Origin: an uncultured Clostridia bacterium
GTDB taxonomy: Bacteria > Bacillota > Clostridia > Christensenellales > Borkfalkiaceae
Direction of reading: 5' to 3'
Length of the DNA stretch: 64,000 nt
Assembly: GCA_964447305.1 (NCBI GenBank)
Contig: CAYURN010000007.1
Location: 15,423 to 79,422, forward strand
Shown: in pieces, positions 36,387 to 46,821 of the stretch
Position numbering within the stretch: position 1 is the stretch's first letter
Layout: each line of letters begins with the position of its first letter
Position numbers and translations under genes: made by a program
The notes under the pieces: model-generated
Databases searched by the model: none
Seen by the model: the letters and a program-made list of their open reading frames with translations, nothing else
What the model was told of the DNA's origin: nothing

Positions 36387-39236
36387 TTATTCATCCTTTT
36401 TGGGTCTGTGAATACGCACATTTTCCGGCACAAAGCGGCCGTTTCCGCCCGGGGTTGCAGGACGCGCGCCTGCAGCGGGGGGCTGCGGAGCGGGCTGCGG
36501 CGTTGCGGGTTTTGCGGGCTGTGCCGCGGGACGGGGACGCGCACCCTGAACGGACTGTGCGGGAACGCGGACTATCTTGCCCTTGAGCAGGCGGGAGATT
36601 GTTATCGTTTGAATACGTTCGGTCATTTCATCGAACATGTCGTGACCTTCCTGCTTATAGGCGATGACGGGATCCTGCTGGGCGTAGCCGCGCAGACCTA
36701 TACCCTTGCGCAGCTGGTCCATTGCGTCAATATGGTCTATCCAATTGCGGTCGACGGCGCGGAGAAGTTCGTTGCGCTCTACCTGATGGTAGTCGACAAC
36801 GCCGTGCGTTTCCTTGGCGATATTTTCTATCTTGAGCTCGTAGGCCTTAGTAACTTCCTTGGAAATTTTTTCTATTGCGTACTCGTAGTCCCACTTTTCA
36901 AGCATTTCGCGAGTAATTTCAAATTCGCACTCGTCGGGGTAGACCTTCTGCCTGAGCGCAGCGTTGAGCGCTTCCTCATCCCACAGTTCGGGCATGGCGT
37001 CGATATTTACCGTTTCACGCACGATTTTTGCGACATAGTCGGGAATGAATTTGAGCATCTGGTCGTGAACGTCGCCGCCGCGGAGGACGTTAAGGCGTTC
37101 GGAATAGATGAGCTTACGCTGTTCGTTCATGACCTCGTCGTATTGCAGCGTGTGCTTACGGGCGCTGAAGTTGCGGCCCTCGATAGCCATCTGGGCGTTT
37201 TCGATCGAGCGCGAGAGCATTTTCGATTGCAGACAGTCATCGTCATCCATGAGAGTGGAATATATTGACTTGAGCTTTTCGCCGCCGAAGCGCTTTGCAA
37301 GCTCGTCTTCAAGCGAGATGAAGAATACCGACGCACCGGGGTCGCCCTGACGGCCGGCACGGCCGCGGAGCTGGTTATCTATACGGCGGGAATCGTGGCG
37401 CTCGGTACCGATTATACACAGACCGCCCGCTTCGATGACCTTGGCCTTTTCGCCGTCGGTTTCCTTTTTATACATATCGTACAGGTCGGCATACCTCTTG
37501 CGGGCGACCTGCTCCTCTTCTGTGAAAGGGCGGTCGGCGTAGGAGATTGCCACCTCTATCATGTCGTGGTCGTAACCCTCCTCCCTCATGCGCTTTTTGG
37601 CGAGATATTCGGGGTTGCCGCCCAAAAGGATGTCCGTGCCGCGGCCAGCCATGTTAGTGGCGATGGTGACGGCGCCGAACCTGCCCGCCTGTGCGACTAT
37701 TTCAGCCTCGCGGGCATGATTTTTTGCGTTGAGGATGTTGTGCTTTATGCCGTTGCGGCGAAGAAGACGGGAAATCTCTTCGGAACGGTCGACGGTGACT
37801 GTACCGATGAGTATGGGCTGACCTGCGGCGTGGCGGTCGATGACTTCCTGAACGATAGCTTTCTTTTTGCTTTCGACGGTGGAGAAAATCTTATCGGGAT
37901 AGTCGATACGCATTACGGGTCTGTTTGTAGGTATGCAGACGACGTCGAGCGAGTAGATGGTTCTGAACTCCGCCTCCTCAGTCTTTGCCGTACCCGTCAT
38001 GCCCGACAGCTTGTTGTACAGCCTGAAATAGTTCTGGAACGTGACGGTTGCGTGCGTTTTGTTTTCTTCGCGGACCTTGACATGTTCCTTGGCCTCTATT
38101 GCCTGGTGAAGGCCGTCCGAATAGCGCCTGCCGACCATAAGGCGACCTGTGAATTCGTCGACTATCATGATTTCACCCTCGTTTGTGACGATATAATTTT
38201 CGTCGCGGATGAACAGTTCGTGCGCTTTGAGCGCCTGCTGGATGTGATGGTTGAGGTCGGCGTTTTCGATATCGCCGAGGTTTTTGATATTGAAGAATTT
38301 TTCGGCCTTTCTTGCGCCGTTTTCGGTTATGGTGACGGATTTGTCCTTGCGGTCTATGATATAGTCCCAATCTTCCATATCCTTTAAAATGGCGGCGAGC
38401 TGGTCGTTAATTTTCTGCTCCTCTTCGGAAAGTTCCTGACCCTTCTTTTTGCGGACGGGAACGCGCGTTTCGGCGGCCTTTTTGTCGTCGTCGAAGCCGC
38501 CGTGAAGATTGCGGACAAACCTGTCGACGTCGACATAGAGCTGCGAACTTTCGCCGCCCTTGCCTGAAATTATGAGGGGCGTGCGCGCTTCGTCGATGAG
38601 GATGGAGTCGATTTCGTCGATTATGCAGTAATTGAGTTCGCGCTGAACCATTGCGGGGATAGAGGTTTTTAAGTTATCCCTGAGGTAATCGAAGCCAAGC
38701 TCGTTATTGGTGGCGTAAATTATATCGCACTGGTAGGCTTCCTTTTTCTGCCTGTCGTCCATGCCGGGAACGACGATGCCGACGGTAAGGCCCATAAACT
38801 TATGAACCTTGCCCATCCACTCGGCGTCGCGGCGGGCAAGATAGTCGTTGACCGTGACAATGTGTACGCCCTTACCCGTGAGTGCGTTGAGGTAGGCGGG
38901 CAGCGTTGAAACGAGCGTTTTACCTTCGCCCGTCTTCATTTCTGCAATTCTGCCCTGATGGAGGCATATACCGCCGATTATCTGAACGTGGAAGTGCTTC
39001 ATTTTGAGTACGCGCCAACTTGCTTCGCGCAGAGCGGCGAAGGCGTCGTACAGGATATCGTCCAGCGTTTCGCCCTTTGCAAGGCGGCCCTTTAAAATTG
39101 CCGTCTGGCCCTTGAGCTCGTCATCGCTCATGGCGGCGTACTTGGGTTCGAGATCTTCCACCATTCTGGCCTGCTTATCGAGCTTTCTGAGCGCTCTGCG
39201 GCTGTCGGCATTTGCAATGTACTTGAAAAGTCCCAT
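36387..39236 (-). CDS. secA: preprotein translocase ATPase SecA
   Basis: 949 aa with Walker A MKTGEGKT and a DEAD-like DEIDSILIDEARTPL motif. The C-terminal tail is P/A-rich and lacks the usual zinc-finger Cys residues. Confidence 0.95.
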   Translation of the reverse strand: MGLFKYIANADSRRALRKLDKQARMVEDLEPKYAAMSDDELKGQTAILKGRLAKGETLDDILYDAFAALREASWRVLKMKHFHVQIIGGICLHQGRIAEMKTGEGKTLVSTLPAYLNALTGKGVHIVTVNDYLARRDAEWMGKVHKFMGLTVGIVVPGMDDRQKKEAYQCDIIYATNNELGFDYLRDNLKTSIPAMVQRELNYCIIDEIDSILIDEARTPLIISGKGGESSQLYVDVDRFVRNLHGGFDDDKKAAETRVPVRKKKGQELSEEEQKINDQLAAILKDMEDWDYIIDRKDKSVTITENGARKAEKFFNIKNLGDIENADLNHHIQQALKAHELFIRDENYIVTNEGEIMIVDEFTGRLMVGRRYSDGLHQAIEAKEHVKVREENKTHATVTFQNYFRLYNKLSGMTGTAKTEEAEFRTIYSLDVVCIPTNRPVMRIDYPDKIFSTVESKKKAIVQEVIDRHAAGQPILIGTVTVDRSEEISRLLRRNGIKHNILNAKNHAREAEIVAQAGRFGAVTIATNMAGRGTDILLGGNPEYLAKKRMREEGYDHDMIEVAISYADRPFTEEEQVARKRYADLYDMYKKETDGEKAKVIEAGGLCIIGTERHDSRRIDNQLRGRAGRQGDPGASVFFISLEDELAKRFGGEKLKSIYSTLMDDDDCLQSKMLSRSIENAQMAIEGRNFSARKHTLQYDEVMNEQRKLIYSERLNVLRGGDVHDQMLKFIPDYVAKIVRETVNIDAMPELWDEEALNAALRQKVYPDECEFEITREMLEKWDYEYAIEKISKEVTKAYELKIENIAKETHGVVDYHQVERNELLRAVDRNWIDHIDAMDQLRKGIGLRGYAQQDPVIAYKQEGHDMFDEMTERIQTITISRLLKGKIVRVPAQSVQGARPRPAAQPAKPATPQPAPQPPAAGARPATPGGNGRFVPENVRIHRPKKDE

Positions 39237-39265
39237 TTTTACTTCCTTTTTAGCATATTTTAAGT

Positions 39266-39295
39266 TTAAAAAAATTTGACGCGCGCATGCGCGCG
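39266..39295 (-). terminator. terminator-like GC palindrome plus T7 inside the secA leader
   Basis: CGCGCGCATGCGCGCG (39280-39295) is followed on the minus strand by CAAATTTTTTT, about 30 nt before the secA ATG. Confidence 0.45.
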
Positions 39296-39321
39296 CAACT
39301 ATCTATTTTAATCCATTTGTA

Positions 39322-39350
39322 ATTGTACTATATTTTACCGCAGTTGTAAA
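39322..39350 (-). promoter_or_regulatory. promoter TTTACA-17-TACAAT (secA proximal)
   Basis: On the plus strand, TGTAAA at 39345-39350 and ATTGTA at 39322-39327 with a 17-nt spacer. Confidence 0.45.
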
Positions 39351-39371
39351 CGCGTTTGTTTGCCTTTTTTG

Positions 39372-39489
39372 TAAAAAAATGAGAAAAAATTAAAACCCCG
39401 CGGCGCGGGGGAAGTTTTAAAACCAAACGGGGCGGAAAAAATTTTTTCCGCCCCCCTTTGCGCGACAGAGCGCGAAAGCAATCTGATTT
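39372..39489 (-). ncRNA. candidate ~115-nt small RNA or leader transcript ending in two tandem intrinsic terminators
   Basis: Starts ~7 nt downstream of the 39496-39524 promoter. It contains hairpin GGGGCGGAAAAAATTTTTTCCGCCCC (39429-39454) followed by GTTTGGTTTT. A second hairpin CCCCGCGCCGCGGGG (39396-39410) is followed by TTTTAATTTTTT. There is no credible ORF. Confidence 0.35.
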
Positions 39490-39495
39490 TGCAGT

Positions 39496-39524
39496 ATTAT
39501 GTAAATCCGACAAATTATTGTCAA
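39496..39524 (-). promoter_or_regulatory. promoter TTGACA-17-CATAAT (distal, upstream of secA)
   Basis: On the plus strand, TGTCAA at 39519-39524 and ATTATG at 39496-39501 with a 17-nt spacer. Confidence 0.45.
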
Positions 39525-39637
39525 TAATTTCACCAAACTTTCATCAAATTTTAATTTTGCTATCATTTTGTGAAATATAATGGTGCTTTGTGATTTTCAG
39601 TTAAAATAATCACTAATTTATTTTCAGGAGAATTAAA

Positions 39638-40240
39638 ATGAAAAAACGAAAAACCCTTGTTCCGTTGATTTGCGCGGCCACAGTTACGGCAACCGTATTT
39701 GCCGCGGGATGCAGCGGATATACGCCCGAAGAAGGAACAAATTATTTTAAAGACGGCGAGGTTTACAGGGTGTTCGAACAGCTGGGCGAAGCCGAAGCGA
39801 TAGAAGATTTTGCCTTAGTTTCTTACACGATTCCCGCGCTGGACGGCACATATACCTTTACGGTATCCGACCAATATATGAAAGGTAGCATGTTTTTTGA
39901 ATCGGACAGCGCAGCGCTTATCAACGGCGATGGCGTTAAAGCAATTTACGCCGCGCTTGGAATAAGCAGTTACTTGCTTGATGAAGAGCTTAACACATGT
40001 TATCTTACAAATCTGTACACATATAACACCAGAATATCCTATTCCGCCGCGCTGATAGTAACTATGGATCCGACAAATTATCCCGACTTCACGGTGTACG
40101 GCGAAGTGGCAGACGTGAGCAAATACACGTTTACCTACACGGATTATTCGGCAAACGACGGAACAAAGACGGGCGAAGGCACGTTCAGCGTATATATAAG
40201 CGACGACTCGCACTTAGATACGTTTGTAATCTACAACTAA
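39638..40240 (+). CDS. hypothetical lipoprotein (200 aa)
   Basis: Signal peptide with lipobox VFAAGC and RBS AGGAG 7 nt upstream. The gene is AT-richer than its neighbours by eye. Confidence 0.6.
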   Translation: MKKRKTLVPLICAATVTATVFAAGCSGYTPEEGTNYFKDGEVYRVFEQLGEAEAIEDFALVSYTIPALDGTYTFTVSDQYMKGSMFFESDSAALINGDGVKAIYAALGISSYLLDEELNTCYLTNLYTYNTRISYSAALIVTMDPTNYPDFTVYGEVADVSKYTFTYTDYSANDGTKTGEGTFSVYISDDSHLDTFVIYN

Positions 40241-40258
40241 AATATAAAAAACCAATCG

Positions 40259-40284
40259 GCGGCGGAAAAAGTTTTTTCCGCCGC
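40259..40284. terminator. bidirectional terminator hairpin
   Basis: GCGGCGGAAAAAGTTTTTTCCGCCGC followed by TCTATTTTTT, between the lipoprotein gene (+) and ade (-). Confidence 0.7.
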
Positions 40285-40298
40285 TCTATTTTTTAAGA

Positions 40299-42017
40299 TC
40301 AATCTGCATTTATATCCGTAAATGAGAACTTATCTACGTCGAACAGGCCTGTATCGAGAAGTTTGACGTGAGGTATTACGGCGAGGGATAAAAACGCCAG
40401 CGTCATGAACGCGGCAAACCTTTTGTCTACGCCCATGGAATAGGCTTTTTTATATAACCGCTCACTCTCCTCTATGACGTAACCGGCGTCCCTTGCGGAC
40501 ATCAGTCCGCCCACTTCCAGCGTCAGAGAGTCGACGTCGCCCGTGGCGCTGTCGACAAGGACCATGCCGCCGCCGATCTCCTTTAATGTGTTTGCCGCCC
40601 TTGCCATGGCGGTGTTGTCGTCGCCGAGGAGAATGATATTGTGCGAATCGTGCGCGATGGTTATGCCCATTGCCCCGCCCTTAAAGCCGTAACCTTTCAG
40701 CAGTCCGCGGCCGATATTGCCCGTGTGATTGTGGCGTTCGACAACGGCAAGCTTCAACACGTCGTCAGGCAGGATGACGTCGCCGTCGCGGCTTTGAATC
40801 TGCATTACCTGACAGTCCGTGAGGATAGTGCCGTGGTTGAGCGTGATTACGCGTGCAGCTTTGCCCTTTAACTGCAATCTGAAGTCGTCCGCCGACATGT
40901 TGCGGATATGCACGGTATTTGTCACGCTTTTAGGAATATAGCGGCTGTGCCCCGTGTTGAACAGCGGCTTGCCGTTTTGGGCGACGAGAGCGCCGTTCTT
41001 AAACACATATTCGACATTGAAATCTTTTAAGTTGTCCACGACGGCAAGATCTGCAAACCAGAACGGAGCGATCGCACCACGCCATTTGAGGTTATAACAT
41101 TCGGCCGCGTTTAACGTGGCGATGGTCACCGCCCATACGGGGTCGAGCCCCGCCGCAACAACCGTGCGGAGAGCGTCGTCCATGTGGCCCACATTCATGA
41201 GGTCGGCGGCGTGACGGTCGTCCGTACACATAATAAAGCGGCGCATATTGCCGGCGTTGACAGCCTTGCAATTGGCGGCGATATCATGAATGGACGAGCT
41301 GTGGCGGAGCATGACATACATGCCGCGGTCGGCCTTTGAGGACATCTCTTCGGGGGAGTCACATTCGTGGTCGGTGACTATGCCGCCGCACAGATAGGCG
41401 TTGAGGCTGTCGCCGAGGACGCAGGGGGCGTGGCCGTCAATAATTTTGCCTGCACTGTGGGCCGCCTCCAGCTTTTTCAAGGCGTCGGCGTCGCAGTTTA
41501 TCACGCCCGGGAAATTCATAAATTCGCCCAACCCGAACACTTGGCTGCGGGATATGTGCGCTTCAACGTCCTTTGCGGAGAGAATTGCGCCGCTGTTTTC
41601 AAACGGGGTTGCAGGCACGCAGGAGGGCAACTGGAAGTGTACCTCCAACGGGGTATTTTTGGCCGCCTCCGCCATGTATTCAAAGCCGTCCATGCCGCAG
41701 ACGTTGGTTATTTCGTGCGGGTCGGCGATTATCGAAGTTGTGCCGCGCGGCACTACAAGTTCGGCAAACGGTTCGGGGGAGAGCATGGAGCTTTCTATGT
41801 GGACATGGCCGTCGATAAACCCGGGCAGGACATACTTTCCTGACATATCGTATTCGGTCTGTCCGCTGTAGCGGCCTATGCCGACTATTCTGTCGGCCGT
41901 GATGGCAATATCGCCCTCCTCCGTTCTGCCCGTCAGGGTGTTGACGAAAGTTGCGTGTTTTAACACAATATCTGCCTTGGTGCGCCCGGCAGCCGCGTTG
42001 ATGTATTTTTCAAGCAT
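40299..42017 (-). CDS. ade: adenine deaminase
   Basis: 572 aa amidohydrolase with PGFIDGHVHIESSML and SIIADPHEI motifs, typical of Ade. Confidence 0.85.
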   Translation of the reverse strand: MLEKYINAAAGRTKADIVLKHATFVNTLTGRTEEGDIAITADRIVGIGRYSGQTEYDMSGKYVLPGFIDGHVHIESSMLSPEPFAELVVPRGTTSIIADPHEITNVCGMDGFEYMAEAAKNTPLEVHFQLPSCVPATPFENSGAILSAKDVEAHISRSQVFGLGEFMNFPGVINCDADALKKLEAAHSAGKIIDGHAPCVLGDSLNAYLCGGIVTDHECDSPEEMSSKADRGMYVMLRHSSSIHDIAANCKAVNAGNMRRFIMCTDDRHAADLMNVGHMDDALRTVVAAGLDPVWAVTIATLNAAECYNLKWRGAIAPFWFADLAVVDNLKDFNVEYVFKNGALVAQNGKPLFNTGHSRYIPKSVTNTVHIRNMSADDFRLQLKGKAARVITLNHGTILTDCQVMQIQSRDGDVILPDDVLKLAVVERHNHTGNIGRGLLKGYGFKGGAMGITIAHDSHNIILLGDDNTAMARAANTLKEIGGGMVLVDSATGDVDSLTLEVGGLMSARDAGYVIEESERLYKKAYSMGVDKRFAAFMTLAFLSLAVIPHVKLLDTGLFDVDKFSFTDINAD

Positions 42018-42031
42018 GATAAAACCTCCGC

Positions 42032-44521
42032 TTATAACCTCATTTGCATATTTCCGTCAGGGAATTCGGTCTTGTATTTGAGGGAGAACACGGCCTTTAC
42101 GGCGGTTATGCCCGCGCTTTTCATAGGCTTACCCCTGGAGGGGCGGGCTTCGATGGGGATATCCTCGGTATTGATTTCCGTGACGGCGCCTTCTTCCGAG
42201 ATGACTGCAAGTTTATACGGAACGGTGACGTAGTCGGCAAACAGCACGCCCGACTTGGAGTCGGTTATCATCACGCCCTTGCGCCCGCGGGAGATGGGGT
42301 CGATGAGCGAAGATATTACGCGCTTGAACATTGACCTGTCGGTGACGATTATTATTTCGCCCTCGCCGTTTATCTGGGTGGCGAACACGACTTCATCGCT
42401 CTCGTCGACGAGCATACCCCTTACGCCTGCGGCTATGCGGCCCTGGCAGGGGATATCGTCCATGGAGGCGTTCAGGCAGATGCCGTTTTTGGTGACGAAA
42501 CACATTGTGGTGTATTCGTCGCCGACAAGCGTTTCGACGGAGAGGACTTCGTCGCCCGGTTTAAGTTTAATGGCGGGATATACCGACTTCAACAGGCCGT
42601 ATTCCGACCAATTGCTGCGCTTTACCATGCCCTGTTTCGTAAAGAACACCACGTCGCCTTCGGGGAGGGCGGAAGTTATATCGAACAGCTTGATTATGCG
42701 TTCGCCGTTCATGGCGGCGTCGTAAAAAGATTTGAGTTTCATGCCGGAGGCACGGAATTCAACGTCCGAAAACTGTTCGAGGTCAAGCTTGACGGCGTTG
42801 CCGTAGTTGGTGAAGCCGAGCAGCACGCCGTCTGAACGGCAGCCGACAATCTGTCTGAATACGACATCGGGCTTTGACGAGGCGGCAAGGGGCTTTTTAT
42901 ACTTGCCGTCGAAGTCGATTTTCTGCATGAATTTTATGCTGTCGCCCGCGGTGAGCGCCGCCACCCACTCTGCCGAGGGGCGCTTGACGTCCTGTCTGTA
43001 GACTACGATATCCTCCGCTTTGTCGACTATGGTAGTCTTGCGGGGGCAGGGGTATTTATGTTTGATTTCGCGCAGTTCAGACTTGACTATGCCCATCTGC
43101 CTTTCCTTAGAGGCAAGGATGGCGCGGTATTCTTCTATCTTCTTTTTAAGCTCCCTGAGCTCCTCTTCGAGCTTGGTCACCTCAAGCTTGGTAAGACGGG
43201 CGAGGCGCAGATCGAGAATGGCCTGGGCCTGGCGTTCGGTAAGGTCAAAGCGCGCCATCAATTTTTTGCGGGCGTCGGAAGTGGATTCGGCCTTTTTGAT
43301 AATTTCCACAACCTCGTCTATGTTGTGAACGCCTATTATAAGGCCTTCGAGAATGTGGCAGCGCGCTTCGGCCTGCTTTAAATCGTACTTGGTGCGGCGG
43401 ACTATTATGGTGCGCTGGTAGTCGACATAATACCTGAGTATTTCGCAGAGGCCGAGCTGCTGGGGCTTGCCGCCGGCTATGGCGACCATGTTTATGCCGA
43501 ACGTACATTCAAGGTCGGTGTACTTGAAAAGACAGGCCAAAATTTCGTCTACGTCGGTATTCTTTTTGCAAGAGATGACGGCGCGCATACCCGTTCGGTC
43601 CGACTCGTCAACGATTTCGGCTATGCCGGCAAGCATATCCTTTTTATCTTCGCGCAGGAGCATTATTTTGCGCAGGAGTTCGGCTTTGTTGGTCTGATAG
43701 GGAAGTTCGGTGATGACTATCAGTTTTTTGCCGCCTTCGCCGTTTTCAACCGAATACTTTGCGCGCAGGGTTATTTTGCCCTTGCCCGTTTTATAGGCCT
43801 GCTCAAGCTCGTTTTTGACGATATATCCGCCCGTGGGAAAGTCGGGGCCGGGGATGATTTTCATGAGTTGGGGCAGGGATATTTTGGGGTTATCTATCAT
43901 GGCGCACGCGCCTTCGATAACTTCGCCGAGGTTGTGGGTGGGTATGTTGGTAGCCAGACCCACAGCTATGCCGTTGGCGCCGTTGACCAGAAGGTTGGGG
44001 TATCTGCCGGGGAGTATATCCGGTTCAAGAAGGCTGTCGTCGAAATTGAAAGAAAAGGGTACCGTTTCCTTGTCGATATCCTTTAAGAGTTCGAGGGCGA
44101 GGGGTTCAAGGCGCGCTTCAGTGTACCTCATTGCGGCGGCGGGGTCGCCGTCGACCGAGCCGAAGTTGCCGTGGCCGTTGACGAGCGTCATGCGCATATT
44201 GAAGTCCTGAGCCATGCGGACCATTGCGTCGTAGACGGAGCTGTCGCCATGGGGGTGGTACTTACCCATGCAGTCGCCGACAATGCGGGCCGACTTTTTG
44301 TGAGGTTTATCGGGGGTCAGACCCATCTCTATCATGGTGTACAATATGCGGCGCTGAACGGGTTTAAGGCCGTCCTCTACCCTTGGCAGAGCCCTGTCAA
44401 GAATGACAAACTCGGCATAGGGGAGCATGGCCTGGGGCATGACCTCTTCCAGCGGGGTGACGAACACGTTGCCCTGCGGAATAGCGGTTTGAAAATTGTC
44501 GTTATCTTTCTTTCGTGCCAT
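42032..44521 (-). CDS. parC: type IIA topoisomerase subunit A (ParC-like; GyrA not excluded)
   Basis: 829 aa with [29 protein letters not shown] and [10 protein letters not shown] (active-site Tyr). I saw no QRRGGKG GyrA box. The locus is not in a dnaA-gyrB context. Confidence 0.75.
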   Translation of the reverse strand: MARKKDNDNFQTAIPQGNVFVTPLEEVMPQAMLPYAEFVILDRALPRVEDGLKPVQRRILYTMIEMGLTPDKPHKKSARIVGDCMGKYHPHGDSSVYDAMVRMAQDFNMRMTLVNGHGNFGSVDGDPAAAMRYTEARLEPLALELLKDIDKETVPFSFNFDDSLLEPDILPGRYPNLLVNGANGIAVGLATNIPTHNLGEVIEGACAMIDNPKISLPQLMKIIPGPDFPTGGYIVKNELEQAYKTGKGKITLRAKYSVENGEGGKKLIVITELPYQTNKAELLRKIMLLREDKKDMLAGIAEIVDESDRTGMRAVISCKKNTDVDEILACLFKYTDLECTFGINMVAIAGGKPQQLGLCEILRYYVDYQRTIIVRRTKYDLKQAEARCHILEGLIIGVHNIDEVVEIIKKAESTSDARKKLMARFDLTERQAQAILDLRLARLTKLEVTKLEEELRELKKKIEEYRAILASKERQMGIVKSELREIKHKYPCPRKTTIVDKAEDIVVYRQDVKRPSAEWVAALTAGDSIKFMQKIDFDGKYKKPLAASSKPDVVFRQIVGCRSDGVLLGFTNYGNAVKLDLEQFSDVEFRASGMKLKSFYDAAMNGERIIKLFDITSALPEGDVVFFTKQGMVKRSNWSEYGLLKSVYPAIKLKPGDEVLSVETLVGDEYTTMCFVTKNGICLNASMDDIPCQGRIAAGVRGMLVDESDEVVFATQINGEGEIIIVTDRSMFKRVISSLIDPISRGRKGVMITDSKSGVLFADYVTVPYKLAVISEEGAVTEINTEDIPIEARPSRGKPMKSAGITAVKAVFSLKYKTEFPDGNMQMRL

Positions 44522-46596
44522 CAGTCGTAGGCCTCCCCTTCATCGCGTTTGAAATTTACCTTTTCTATAAAGCCGTCAACCTTGTTGAAGTTTGCGTTTT
44601 CGGCGAGGAACTGTTTTCTGCCCTCCACCTTGTCGCCCATGAGCATTTCGATGACGTTCTTTGCGGCGGCGGCGTCCTCGATAGTTACCTGAATGAGATT
44701 GCGCGTGGCGGGGTTCATGGTAGTATCCCAAAGCTGTTCGGCGGACATTTCGCCAAGACCCTTGTAGCGCTGGATCTGATAGCCCTTGCCCACCTTTTTT
44801 ATGGCTTTGTCAAGTTCGTCGTCGTCATAGGCGTACTCCACCATATCCTTTTTGTAGACCTTGTAGAGGGGCGGCATACCTATATACACATAGCCCGCCT
44901 TTACGAGGTCGCGCATGTACTTGAAGAAGAAAGTCAAGAGTATGCAGCGTATGTGGAGGCCGTCCTGGTCGGCGTCCGACAGGATTATTACTTTTTTGTA
45001 TCGCGTTTTTTCTACGTCGAAAGAGGTATTGAAGCCCGCGCCAATGGCAGAAATGAGCGTTTTCAATTCCTCGTTCTGCAGAGTTTGCAGGGCGCTCTTC
45101 TTCTGCACGTTGAGCGGCTTGCCGCGCAGGGGCAGAATGGACTGATACTGCCTTACCCTTGCCTGTTTTGCCGTGCCGCCCGCAGAGTCGCCCTCTACGA
45201 TAAAGAGTTCGTTCATATCGGGATTTTTGCCCGAACATGCCGCCAGCTTGCCGATGAGGTTGAGATCGTCCGTATCCGACGCGGCCTTGGCTATGTCGCG
45301 CTCGGCGCGGTGCTTTATGCGGTCGTCTGCGGCGAATTTTGCCTTTTTGGCTATTTCGTCAAACACGCCCTTGTTGCCGCGGACGGATATGAGCGAGGTA
45401 AGCCCTTCCACCACCGCCTGTTCGACAGGAACCTTTACTTCGGGATTGCCGAGTTTGGTTTTGGTCTGACCTTCGAACTCGACATTGTTCATCTTGACGG
45501 TCAGGACGGCGGTAAGCCCCTCCTTTATGTCATCGACGATGAAAGGAGCGTCCTTTGCTTTGAGCACGCCGTTGTTTTTGGCGTATTCGTTGACGACCTT
45601 TAAAAGTCCGTTGTGGAAACCTGTTTCGTGATAGCCGCCTTCGACGGTGCAGATGTTGTTGACAAAGGAATATAAACTTTCCTCGTCGTCCTTGGTGTGG
45701 CATACTGCAAACTCTATCTTTATTTTGCCCGGTCCTGCGCCCTTGATATTTATATCTTTGACGGTTGAATAATAGAGCGTGTTTGAATACAGAGCGCTCT
45801 TGTCCGCGTTGAGGTAGGCGACAAAGTCGACAAGTCCGCCGTTGTATTTGTACGTTACAGGCTCGCGCTTGGGAAGAGCTATCTTTTTCAGCGTGATTTC
45901 GCCGTCGTCGGAGGCGACCTCCTCATCGCGGTAATGGGTGCGCTCGTCGACAAAGTCTATTCTCACGCCCTTGTTAAGAAACGCCAATTCCTTCAGGCGC
46001 TTGGCCACGGTATCGTAGTTCCACTCCACCGTTTCGAACACAGCCTTATCGGGCATGAAACGCACAAGCGTGCCGCGCTTGCTTGTCTTTATTCCCGTAT
46101 CTTTGAGGGGAGTATCGGGCACGCCGCACATCCACTTTTTGCGCGGCTTGTCGTAGTAGCTTTTGAAGGACATTTTAAAGACAGTTTTGCGGTAAACTTC
46201 CACCCTGAGCCATTCGGACAGGGCGTTGGTTACCGAAGCGCCGACGCCGTGGAGGCCGCCGGAGAAGGCATAATTTTCGCTGTCGAACTTGCCGCCGGCA
46301 TGAAGTTTGGTGAAGATGAGTTCGACGCCGCTCATGCGAGCTTTGCTGTTGATGTCCGTGGGCATACCCCTTCCGTTGTCCTCGACCGAGGCCGAGCCGT
46401 CGGCGTGGAGAGTTACGGTGATATGGTCGGCATAGCCGTTTGCCGCCTCGTCGATAGAGTTATCAACTATTTCCCACAGAATGTGGTGCAGGCCCTTGAC
46501 GCCCGTGGAGCCGATATACATGCCCGGACGGACGCGCACGGCTTCTAACCCTTCGAGTATTTTTAAATCATCTGCGTTATAACTTTTTTCTGACAT
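44521..46596 (-). CDS. parE: type IIA topoisomerase subunit B (ParE-like; GyrB not excluded)
   Basis: 691 aa with GHKL ATPase motifs ([30 protein letters not shown]) and Toprim motifs (EGDSAGG, DADQDG). Its stop overlaps the subunit A start by 1 nt. Confidence 0.8.
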   Translation of the reverse strand: MSEKSYNADDLKILEGLEAVRVRPGMYIGSTGVKGLHHILWEIVDNSIDEAANGYADHITVTLHADGSASVEDNGRGMPTDINSKARMSGVELIFTKLHAGGKFDSENYAFSGGLHGVGASVTNALSEWLRVEVYRKTVFKMSFKSYYDKPRKKWMCGVPDTPLKDTGIKTSKRGTLVRFMPDKAVFETVEWNYDTVAKRLKELAFLNKGVRIDFVDERTHYRDEEVASDDGEITLKKIALPKREPVTYKYNGGLVDFVAYLNADKSALYSNTLYYSTVKDINIKGAGPGKIKIEFAVCHTKDDEESLYSFVNNICTVEGGYHETGFHNGLLKVVNEYAKNNGVLKAKDAPFIVDDIKEGLTAVLTVKMNNVEFEGQTKTKLGNPEVKVPVEQAVVEGLTSLISVRGNKGVFDEIAKKAKFAADDRIKHRAERDIAKAASDTDDLNLIGKLAACSGKNPDMNELFIVEGDSAGGTAKQARVRQYQSILPLRGKPLNVQKKSALQTLQNEELKTLISAIGAGFNTSFDVEKTRYKKVIILSDADQDGLHIRCILLTFFFKYMRDLVKAGYVYIGMPPLYKVYKKDMVEYAYDDDELDKAIKKVGKGYQIQRYKGLGEMSAEQLWDTTMNPATRNLIQVTIEDAAAAKNVIEMLMGDKVEGRKQFLAENANFNKVDGFIEKVNFKRDEGEAYD

Positions 46597-46770
46597 GTTT
46601 TACCGCCGTAAGATTGTAGCTTATATTTATTATTATACCAAATATTGTAGAAAAACGCAACACCTATACCCTTTATTGTGTACGAAAGGCGCTATTTTTT
46701 TAAAACGATAAATAACGGCGGCAGGCGCCGCCGTGCGGTAAAACCGTACTAAAAATATTACGGATAAAAC

Positions 46771-46800
46771 AACGCGGCGCACTGTATGGTGCGCCGCGTT
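46771..46800 (-). terminator. terminator after the 796-aa gene
   Basis: Stem AACGCGGCGCAC / GTGCGCCGCGTT with a 6-nt loop, followed on the minus strand by a T-rich tract. Confidence 0.65.
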
Positions 46801-46821
46801 CATTTACTTCAAGTTTTTGCG

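Noticed and set aside
37395-38387. 330-aa plus-strand ORF
   Set aside because: It is antisense to secA, whose frame carries all the SecA motifs. Its composition is artefactual (V/F/D/G-rich).
39328-39513. 61-aa minus-strand ORF in the secA upstream region
   Set aside because: Its start lies upstream of the predicted transcription start. It runs through two terminator hairpins, is Arg/Lys/Pro-rich and has no RBS.
44515-45603. 362-aa plus-strand ORF
   Set aside because: It is antisense to the topoisomerase B subunit gene and has no motifs or RBS.
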